Under the pieces are notes generated by a model. The model searched no databases and had not been told where the DNA came from. It saw only the letters and a list, made by a program, of their open reading frames with translations. The position numbers were made by a program, and so were the translations under genes. Of a stretch of 44,287 nt of DNA, positions 30,752 to 37,519 are shown piece by piece. The DNA is taken from the IMG/VR virus record IMGVR_UViG_3300037467_000513; one strand, given 5' to 3'. Position 1 is the stretch's first letter, and every line of letters starts with the position of its first letter. The stretch is from a virus.

Positions 30752-31139
30752 GACGGCTCTCACTATGGATGAGGCGGCAAAGGCACTGCGGAAATCTCGC
30801 AGGTGGCTGCACGATTGGCTTGCCAAAAACCCTGTTGATTCCGCCGGTCGGCCGTTCTGTTCCAAACTTGGCAGGACGCGGCTTTTTCGCGAAACTGATA
30901 TCGAACGCATCCTAGACGCCGCACGAGAGCAATCATGCCGCTCAAACTCGTCCCGCCGCGCGCCGGTAGGTCGCCCAACTGGACGATCCGGGGGTCCTAT
31001 TGCGGAATCCCTGTGGATCGAAGCACAAAAACTCATCGGGAAGCCGCTGCCCGGCGCAAGCTCAAGGAACTCATCGAAGCCATCGAATGTGGTGAGTATC
31101 CGCCCAAGCGACCCGAACCAGACGCCCCAACCTTCCTGA
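30744..31139 (+). CDS. Excisionase-like HTH protein (C-terminal third overlaps int in another frame)
   Basis: N-terminus ...MDEAAKALRKSRRWLHDWLAKNPVDSAGRPFCSKLGRTRLFRETDIERILDA resembles excisionase/MerR-type HTH proteins. The frame stays open for 205 nt into int. Confidence 0.5.
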   Translation: MSRTALTMDEAAKALRKSRRWLHDWLAKNPVDSAGRPFCSKLGRTRLFRETDIERILDAAREQSCRSNSSRRAPVGRPTGRSGGPIAESLWIEAQKLIGKPLPGASSRNSSKPSNVVSIRPSDPNQTPQPS

Positions 31140-31999
31140 GCGCGGCGGTGAAATACATGCGATCAGGTGGCGAGCGGGAGAACGTGGGGCGGCTGATCGC
31201 TCACTTTGGCGAGAAGCCTCTTGCCGAGATCGGGCAATCCGAGATCGACGCCGCTGCGCTGGAACTATATCCGAACGCCGCCCCAGCCACCCGGAATCGG
31301 AAGGTCTACACGCCCGCTTCCGCGATCCTGCATACGTCCGGCATTGATATCCGGCTTAAGCGTCCAGCCGGAGCCAAGGGGCGCGTCGTAACTCAGTTTC
31401 TGCGGCCGGAGGACGTGACAGCGATCATTGCCGCTGCCGAGCAAGAGGACCCAGCATTCGCCACCTTGCTTGCCTTGCTGGTCTATTCCGGCTGTCGGAT
31501 TGGCGAGGTCATGCGGATGAAGATCGAGGATCTGAACCTTGATCACCGCTGGGCCTACATTGGCAAAACCAAGAACGGCGACCCGCGGACGGTTCTGCTC
31601 CGTGCCAGTCTCATTGACCCGTTGCGGCTGGTTGTCGGCAAGCGGACAGAAGGGCCGCTGTGGCCGTTCCGGGCCGGCGGCGGGCTCAAGGACCGGCTTG
31701 TGCGTGCCAAGCTGCGCGCCTGCGACGTGACCGTGCCAAAGCGCCAGAAGGGCAAGTCTCGCCGGATACCGCACCACCGGCTTAGCTGGGCCGGATTCCA
31801 TGCGTTCCGGCACACATGGGCGACGTGGATGCGCCGCTACGGCAAAACCGACGTGCACGGGCTTGTGGCGACCGGCAACTGGCGGGACCCACGAAGCGCC
31901 GCCAGATATCAGCATGTCGCGGCCCATAAGGAATGGGCGCTTGTTGAGGAACTCCCCGACGTAATGTGGAAAATCCGTGGAAAGGCCAAAACGAAATGA
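30935..31999 (+). CDS. int: Tyrosine integrase
   Basis: 354 aa. Catalytic signature ...SGCRIGEV..., HAFRHTWATW, ...ARYQH. Confidence 0.9.
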   Translation: MPLKLVPPRAGRSPNWTIRGSYCGIPVDRSTKTHREAAARRKLKELIEAIECGEYPPKRPEPDAPTFLSAAVKYMRSGGERENVGRLIAHFGEKPLAEIGQSEIDAAALELYPNAAPATRNRKVYTPASAILHTSGIDIRLKRPAGAKGRVVTQFLRPEDVTAIIAAAEQEDPAFATLLALLVYSGCRIGEVMRMKIEDLNLDHRWAYIGKTKNGDPRTVLLRASLIDPLRLVVGKRTEGPLWPFRAGGGLKDRLVRAKLRACDVTVPKRQKGKSRRIPHHRLSWAGFHAFRHTWATWMRRYGKTDVHGLVATGNWRDPRSAARYQHVAAHKEWALVEELPDVMWKIRGKAKTK

Positions 32000-32168
32000 C
32001 TAACCCATTGATCTTAAAAGGAAGCGTCTCGCCTCCCCCAAGGCTGGCCGCACCTTTTATGAATGCAGGAAATGCCTTGTTTCATAGGGTTTCTGCATCA
32101 TTGAAATTGCAGCAACGTGCAGAACGAATCACGAAACGAGCAACTGCACTCGTGGAAAATCCGTGGAA
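31966..32168. other. Putative attP region
   Basis: The non-coding stretch directly after int is flanked by a perfect 17-bp direct repeat, GTGGAAAATCCGTGGAA, at 31966..31982 and 32152..32168. It contains an imperfect inverted repeat, ATGCAGGAAA...TTTCTGCAT, at 32063..32098. Confidence 0.45.
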
Positions 32169-32207
32169 TTTGTTCTCTCCCCGTTCACGTTCATGGGGGA
32201 TGCTGTA

Positions 32208-32936
32208 ATGGCCGAGAACAGCAAGATTGAATGGACCGATCACACCTTCAATCCGTGGATAGGGTGCCAGAAGGTTTCGCCGGGTTGCGACCATTGCTAC
32301 GCAGAGTCGTTGGCGAAGCGATATGGCTGGGTCGAATGGGGGCCGCACGGCGAGCGCAAGCGAACCAGCGAGGCCAATTGGAAGAAGCCGCGCCAATGGG
32401 CTCGGGCAGCAGCTAAATCCGGGACGCGCCCACGCGTATTCTGTTCGTCTCTCGCTGACGTGTTCGACAATCAAGTGCCTGCGAATTGGCGGGGTGACCT
32501 GTTCGACCTAATCGCGGCCACCCCGGAGCTTGATTGGCTGCTGTTGACCAAGCGGCCAGAGAATGCCGCTCGCATGTTCCCTACCGGTCAGTGGCCGAAT
32601 ATCTGGCTTGGCACCACATGCGAAGATCAGGAACGCTATGATCGAAGGTGGCCTATCCTTCGGTCGATTCCGGCGCCGGTCTACTTCATCAGCTATGAGC
32701 CGGCAATCGGGCCTCTGCGACTTCACAACGGGCCTGACCAGCCAGATTGGGTGATCTGTGGCGGCGAGAGTGGCCCCGGAGCGCGCTTCATGCCGCCAGT
32801 TTGGGCGGTTGATATCCGAAACGATTGCGAGCGAGCAGGCGTCTACTTCTTCATGAAGCAGATGACCGGGAAAAAACCGATTCCCGAATACCTGATGCGC
32901 CGTGAATTTCCCCGTTCAGCGGAGATCGCCCCATGA
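32208..32936 (+). CDS. DUF5131 (phage Gp37/Gp68 family) protein
   Basis: 242 aa from ATG 32208. SKIEWTDHTFNPWIGCQKVSPGCDHCYAE... matches the family's N-terminal Cys-motif signature. Confidence 0.8.
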   Translation: MAENSKIEWTDHTFNPWIGCQKVSPGCDHCYAESLAKRYGWVEWGPHGERKRTSEANWKKPRQWARAAAKSGTRPRVFCSSLADVFDNQVPANWRGDLFDLIAATPELDWLLLTKRPENAARMFPTGQWPNIWLGTTCEDQERYDRRWPILRSIPAPVYFISYEPAIGPLRLHNGPDQPDWVICGGESGPGARFMPPVWAVDIRNDCERAGVYFFMKQMTGKKPIPEYLMRREFPRSAEIAP

Positions 32937-33154
32937 CCACCTGGCAGGATATCGGGACGGAGGGGCGGCCAGCATGGCGCGTCCACCGGTGGGGGCAGAA
33001 CCCTGAGCTAGACGAGATCATTTCGCGTCGTTTTGGCAGTCGCTTCGACCACCCCTGCAACAACCCGAACATGGTGGAGTGCGCGATGTGGGAATGCCAG
33101 CAGGCGAATAGATGCGTGCGATACCCCTCCCCGCCCTCCAAGGAGGGGGAGTGA
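32933..33154 (+). CDS. Small Cys-rich hypothetical protein
   Basis: 73 aa. ATGA overlap. ...HPCNNPNMVECAMWECQQANRC... Confidence 0.5.
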   Translation: MTTWQDIGTEGRPAWRVHRWGQNPELDEIISRRFGSRFDHPCNNPNMVECAMWECQQANRCVRYPSPPSKEGE

Positions 33155-33519
33155 TGCGAGTTCTGGTTTGCGGCGGTCGCCGCTTCAACGATGCCCTGAC
33201 GCTCGGATCGTGGCTTGGCGGCATCCACAAGAACAACGGACCGATCACGCTGCTCATCGAGGGCGGCGCTCCCGGCGCGGACTTCATGGCTCGGAAGTTT
33301 GCTGAATGGGCTGGCATCCCGACGCAGACATTCGAGGCTGAATGGAACCGCTACGGTCGCCGGGCTGGGCCGCTGCGGAATCAGCGTATGATCGAGGAAG
33401 GCAAGCCGGATTTGGTCGTGGCGTTCGAGGGCGGTAAGGGCACCGCTGACATGGTACGGCAAGCGGAGGCGGCCGGAATCCGCGTCTTGCGGGCCACCAA
33501 GATCACGACGGTGCACTGA
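33154..33519 (+). CDS. SLOG-superfamily protein (YspA/DUF2493-like)
   Basis: 121 aa from ATG 33154 (TGATG). MRVLVCGGRRF...LLIEGGAPGADFMARKFA...AGPLRNQRMI...VVAFEGGKGTADMV. Confidence 0.75.
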   Translation: MRVLVCGGRRFNDALTLGSWLGGIHKNNGPITLLIEGGAPGADFMARKFAEWAGIPTQTFEAEWNRYGRRAGPLRNQRMIEEGKPDLVVAFEGGKGTADMVRQAEAAGIRVLRATKITTVH

Positions 33520-33537
33520 CCACCGATCCGGGCTAGG

Positions 33538-33780
33538 ATGGAGAGAATGGCAATGGCCAAAACAATGGTGAGCCGAGAGGATGCCGACGTTCTGCGGAAT
33601 GGGGTTAAGCGCCTCGTCGATGATTTTGAACGGCTTGGATACGAGCGATCAACTATCGGAGTTGTGCTTACGAGCATGGGGCTCGCAATTGTCCAAGTCC
33701 ATATTGGACATAACGAAGCGATGTCTATGATCGCGGGGCTTCAATCCGCGCTGACGCAAGATCAAGGTGGGACGCAATGA
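33538..33780 (+). CDS. Hypothetical protein
   Basis: 80-aa ORF. Start is ambiguous among ATG 33538, 33547 and 33553. Confidence 0.5.
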   Translation: MERMAMAKTMVSREDADVLRNGVKRLVDDFERLGYERSTIGVVLTSMGLAIVQVHIGHNEAMSMIAGLQSALTQDQGGTQ

Positions 33781-33868
33781 CCCACTGGCCCGACGTCACC
33801 AACAAGCCCCGCCTAGGCTACGTCGCAGAGCATGGGTCAAGGGATAGGCCGGCAAAAGGGAGAAGTCC

Positions 33869-34063
33869 GTGAAATATTTTGTAAGCTACAGGACGGACGA
33901 ATGTGAGTCCTGCGCCACCGAAGAATTCGAGCATGAAAGCGAGGTTGTAGACTTTCTCAACAAGAATGCTGCAAACCCGGATTTCTCTTTTGATGTTATA
34001 CTGGGACGGCGCGTCGAATTTGAGCCGGTCAATGTGGCGACACAGTATCGCGTTAAGGGATAG
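33869..34063 (+). CDS. Hypothetical protein (lower-GC island)
   Basis: 64 aa. GTG start preceded by GGGAGAAG. Confidence 0.5.
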   Translation: MKYFVSYRTDECESCATEEFEHESEVVDFLNKNAANPDFSFDVILGRRVEFEPVNVATQYRVKG

Positions 34064-34084
34064 GCCGGTAAAGGAGAGGAAGTA

Positions 34085-34267
34085 ATGACGGACGAGCAAC
34101 GACGCGCGGCTTCGCTGCTTAATCTGTGCCCGGACACGCCGGAAGAATGGCCAATGGCCATAGTTGATAGACTGGTTTGGATGAAAGAGAATTTGTCCGA
34201 TGGTGATTTCCACCGCGAATTTTTAAGCTTGATTGGCACGAATCGACCAGCGAAAGAGAGGGAGTGA
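34085..34267 (+). CDS. Hypothetical protein
   Basis: 60 aa. SD AGGAGAGGAAG upstream. Confidence 0.5.
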   Translation: MTDEQRRAASLLNLCPDTPEEWPMAIVDRLVWMKENLSDGDFHREFLSLIGTNRPAKERE

Positions 34268-34569
34268 TGCTTGGCAAGCTGCTGCTATTTAGACGCCGCG
34301 AGGTTGCCCCTAGCCCAACGCTGGAACAGTTGATGGCCATGAGTGCAAACATGGGGCACGGCGTCGAGACAGATTTTATCCGGCGCCGACGCGACGAAAT
34401 TGCGAGGATGACGGCCGAGGATGACTGCGCATACTATCGCCACGTCGCAGACTTATCGGCCCGCTACAATTCCGGCCAACGGCAACGTTCCGACCGTGAC
34501 CGCGCGGTAAAGGACTTCACCCGCGTCTGCGAGCAAACCAGCCTGATCGATAAGCTGAGGAAGGAATGA
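34264..34569 (+). CDS. Hypothetical protein
   Basis: 101-aa ORF. GTGA/TGATG junction. Confidence 0.55.
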   Translation: MMLGKLLLFRRREVAPSPTLEQLMAMSANMGHGVETDFIRRRRDEIARMTAEDDCAYYRHVADLSARYNSGQRQRSDRDRAVKDFTRVCEQTSLIDKLRKE

Positions 34570-34877
34570 CCGACCTCTATCTCCGTAAGGTCACCGGCCA
34601 CCCTCAGGCGCGAGACAACTACCGCGTCATCCTGAAAGATCACGGAGAGGAAATCGAACTCGGATCGATCGGCATTCAGAACCTGACCGGGATGCAGCAG
34701 GGTTGGCGCTGGGCCATCGATACCGTCATCCCGATGCGCGACATAGATTCCAGCGGATGGGGCAAGGACCGCGCGGACTGCATGCGGAAGTTCAAAGCGG
34801 CATGGGAGCGGTTCGCGTCCGATCCCGCGCGGCTTGTCGAGTTCATTGCAGAAAAGCGGCGTATGCGACGGGGATGA
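34566..34877 (+). CDS. Hypothetical protein (last rightward gene)
   Basis: 103-aa ORF. ATGA overlap. Confidence 0.6.
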   Translation: MTDLYLRKVTGHPQARDNYRVILKDHGEEIELGSIGIQNLTGMQQGWRWAIDTVIPMRDIDSSGWGKDRADCMRKFKAAWERFASDPARLVEFIAEKRRMRRG

Positions 34878-34989
34878 GCAGGCAGACAATGCCCACTCCC
34901 CAGATCCACGGCACAAACTCATTCCCCCGGTCGCAGGCGTAGAGCCAGATGGCGAGGATGATGAGGATGGCGCCGAGGGGTTGGGTCAC
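34843..34989 (-). CDS. 48-aa two-TM hydrophobic peptide, last gene of the late operon (below ORF-track cutoff)
   Basis: Hand translation gives VTQPLGAILIILAIWLYACDRGNEFVPWIWGVGIVCLLIPVAYAAFLQ. GTG start overlaps the upstream stop (GTGA). Its 3' end overlaps the convergent plus-strand gene by 35 nt. Confidence 0.4.
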   Translation of the reverse strand: MTQPLGAILIILAIWLYACDRGNEFVPWIWGVGIVCLLIPVAYAAFLQ

Positions 34990-35318
34990 CGCATTCGGCT
35001 TTCGTTGCGGATCATTTCCAGCGTCTGCCGGGCAGCGCGAAACTCTGTCAGCACGTCGCTCAGAATATCGTTGCTGTCCTTGAGTAGATCGTTGGTGCGA
35101 CGGGCTTCCTCTGCGACTTCATGCACCGACTGCATCATGTCATGCAGCGGGCCGATCATCAGCCATTGCGGGATCAATTCAGGCGGCTTGCTGGCGCTGT
35201 CCCGGCTGCCGCGCGTGGCAGCAGCCCAAATAGCATAGAACACCGCCGCGGCGACCGCGACTTGAATGATGGGGAAGGCATTAAACGAATCGAACGCCGA
35301 TTTAGCCAAGCCTTCCAT
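34986..35318 (-). CDS. Membrane-anchored coiled-coil protein
   Basis: 110 aa. N-terminal TM (FPIIQVAVAAAVFYAIWAAA) followed by a helical region. Confidence 0.55.
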   Translation of the reverse strand: MEGLAKSAFDSFNAFPIIQVAVAAAVFYAIWAAATRGSRDSASKPPELIPQWLMIGPLHDMMQSVHEVAEEARRTNDLLKDSNDILSDVLTEFRAARQTLEMIRNESRMR

Positions 35319-35736
35319 GATGGTCCCTCATCGCGAATGCCCGGTAGATCGAAATCAATTCGACCCCTGTGAAGACCAAATAGACCGGCGCACCTAGCGA
35401 CGTGAGATCATCCGGCGATACCGCAATGAGGCTGAGAAACATCTGCGACCAGATCACGGCTCCCGCCCCTGATCCGATTGTGCGCAACCATGGCCCGACT
35501 TTCGGCCATCGGCCGTTGGCGATCAGCGCGATAATTCGCACCGCCCCGACGATGATGAAAAACCACGCGATAAAACTGCCATGGACATACTGCACCAGCC
35601 CATCCAGAGCGCGATAATCGGACGGGACCGGCGCGGCGATAATCTGGATTCCGAGTCCGACCATGATCCACGCGGCGGCGGCTTCTGATATGCGGTTGTT
35701 GAAATGGTGGACGAGGCCGCGAAGGGAGCAGGTCAT
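35302..35736 (-). CDS. Four-TM membrane protein
   Basis: 144 aa from ATG 35736, which forms an ATGA overlap with the holin-like gene. The 191-aa ORF-track form has an implausible N-terminus. Confidence 0.55.
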   Translation of the reverse strand: MTCSLRGLVHHFNNRISEAAAAWIMVGLGIQIIAAPVPSDYRALDGLVQYVHGSFIAWFFIIVGAVRIIALIANGRWPKVGPWLRTIGSGAGAVIWSQMFLSLIAVSPDDLTSLGAPVYLVFTGVELISIYRAFAMRDHHGRLG

Positions 35737-36146
35737 TTCCGCAGCGCTCCTGCCACGATCTTGGCAACATTCTCGACGCCGCGCTTGCCGAAATAGAAGC
35801 CGATCACCATCAATGTGACGTTGGCAATCCAGCCTTTCGGCTCCGGCGTCGAGCCCCAACCAAGGCAGATATCCCAAACGAGCACCTTGGCGATGATGAA
35901 GGCGACGGAATAGCCGATGATCTTTTCAGGCTCGTACCACTTGCCGACCGTGGCAATGCGGTATTGCGTCTGCGCCTCGATCTCGGCGCGCTGCACGTCC
36001 AATTCACGCTGCGCCAGATCGGCGGCAATGCGGTCCTTGTCATTGCCAGCCGCCAGTTTTGCCTTGTAGCCATCGACCACAGCGCCGACGATTGGACCGG
36101 ACAGGAAGGACGCCAGCCAAGACAGGATGGCGCTCATGTGCGCCAC
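35733..36146 (-). CDS. Holin candidate (GTA-type 3-TM holin-like)
   Basis: 137 aa. N-terminal segment, a charged helix (DLAQRELDVQRAEIEAQ), then hydrophobic helices. Position is next to the endolysin. Family recall is moderate. Confidence 0.5.
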   Translation of the reverse strand: MAHMSAILSWLASFLSGPIVGAVVDGYKAKLAAGNDKDRIAADLAQRELDVQRAEIEAQTQYRIATVGKWYEPEKIIGYSVAFIIAKVLVWDICLGWGSTPEPKGWIANVTLMVIGFYFGKRGVENVAKIVAGALRK

Positions 36147-36325
36147 CCTCGCCGCTTCGCGATCACATAGCTACCTTCAACCAACCCCATCAGCACGCAT
36201 CCGACCACGGCGGCCACATCTGGATCGTTGGCAACCATGTCGGCCACCGACTGCGGGATCAGCAGTTTCAGCGCCAGATACCCGGCGATGTAGCGGACCA
36301 GGATGCGAGAGATCGGCCCGATCAT
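36134..36325 (-). CDS. Small two-TM membrane protein (holin/antiholin-like)
   Basis: 63 aa with two hydrophobic helices. ATGA overlap upstream. Confidence 0.5.
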   Translation of the reverse strand: MIGPISRILVRYIAGYLALKLLIPQSVADMVANDPDVAAVVGCVLMGLVEGSYVIAKRRGWRT

Positions 36326-36495
36326 CGCCCGAGCCCCTTGATCTTGGCCTCGAGATCGACGGCTTTAGCCCGGAGCGCGCGGGCTTCGTTCTCAAGCCCA
36401 TTCACCAGCACCTTGACGCGCGGCCATGTGTAGACGGCGGCGACATAACCGACGATCAGCAACAGAACGTCTCCGATAATCACAGCAGTCGTCAT
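36322..36495 (-). CDS. i-spanin-like protein (N-terminal TM plus coiled coil)
   Basis: 57 aa from ATG 36495 (ATGA overlap with the endolysin stop): MTTAVIIGDVLLLIVGYVAAVY... then ...NEARALRAKAVDLEAKIKGL. Confidence 0.45.
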   Translation of the reverse strand: MTTAVIIGDVLLLIVGYVAAVYTWPRVKVLVNGLENEARALRAKAVDLEAKIKGLGR

Positions 36496-37121
36496 TTTGA
36501 GCCTCGTTTGAACAGGCCGAGCACGGCCATGAAAAAAGCCGCCCAAGCGGACGGCTGGTTGGTCTGTGTTGGTATAGGGCTAGGCGGACCAGCCGTGGCC
36601 GCTGGTGAGTCTTTGGGCGCGTCTGGCATCTTCGCCACGGCTGTCTTGAGCGCCGCTGCAACGTCGCCTGCGAACAACTGGGCTTCGGCTGTCCGACGCC
36701 GGGCCAGCCCGTTCAGCACCTTTCCGCCACCCCTATTCCACTTCGCCAGTTCCTTCGGGACGGACGCCCGGTCACCGGCATTGAGTTTGCGCCAGAGCGT
36801 AGCCGTCACCGGCCCGCCGGTATTGTAGGCCCATGACACCAGCGCATCGAACTCGTTCTGATTCAGCGCGACCTTGGCGCATTTCGAAACGTGAGCCTCA
36901 AACGTCGCCATGTCGCCGGCCAGCGCGGCGTCGCACTGCTGCTGCGACCAGACCGTGGCGGACGTGAACTTCGGCTCGTGATGATTGGTGTGGCCGTAGC
37001 CGATGGTCAGGACACCAACCGGATCGACATACGGCTTGAAGTAGCCCGACCTCCCCTTCACCGGCTCAAGACAGCCCTCGAACGCCTTCACGATGGCAAG
37101 GCCGGTTGGGCTCAGGCGCAT
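36492..37121 (-). CDS. GH24 lysozyme-type endolysin with Pro-rich linker and C-terminal hydrophobic helix
   Basis: 209 aa. GLAIVKAFEGC...YVDPVGVLTIGYGHT is a T4/lambda-lysozyme-like signature. The C-terminus reads ...PPSPIPTQTNQPSAWAAFFMAVLGLFKRGSK. Confidence 0.85.
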   Translation of the reverse strand: MRLSPTGLAIVKAFEGCLEPVKGRSGYFKPYVDPVGVLTIGYGHTNHHEPKFTSATVWSQQQCDAALAGDMATFEAHVSKCAKVALNQNEFDALVSWAYNTGGPVTATLWRKLNAGDRASVPKELAKWNRGGGKVLNGLARRRTAEAQLFAGDVAAALKTAVAKMPDAPKDSPAATAGPPSPIPTQTNQPSAWAAFFMAVLGLFKRGSK

Positions 37122-37233
37122 AGGTTCTCGTCCTCTGAATTGGAGGTGGGGTGGGTTTACTCAAACGGGTTGCAGCAGTAGTTTCCGCCGTTAAAGGCGG
37201 CTCAGGCGCGCTTCATGCTCAAAGGAAAGTGCC

Positions 37234-37500
37234 ATGCGTTTCTTGTTATTCTTATCGTGCGCTCTCTCGGTCGCGAGTTCTGCAAACGCGCTCGATGCAG
37301 TCAGTCGCCCTCCGCAATGGCAGTCAGCGTCCAGAGTTGAGCAGGACAGTTTTGTGTCCAAGTTTGCACCTAACCTATCTGCTTCCGAGCGCGCCGGGTT
37401 CATCAAGTGCATGGATCGAGAAACATCGGGCCAGAAAACAGAAATCGGGCCGACTAGCGGATTGTTGGGCTCAGCCACTTCGTGTCGTCAGCAGCGCTAG
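37234..37500 (+). CDS. Opposite-strand moron: small secreted protein
   Basis: 88 aa. Signal-peptide-like N-terminus MRFLLFLSCALSVASSANA|LD (AxA site). It is the only plus-strand ORF inside the minus-strand late block. GC looks lower. Confidence 0.55.
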   Translation: MRFLLFLSCALSVASSANALDAVSRPPQWQSASRVEQDSFVSKFAPNLSASERAGFIKCMDRETSGQKTEIGPTSGLLGSATSCRQQR

Positions 37501-37519
37501 TCGCAACAGAAAATAGCGG

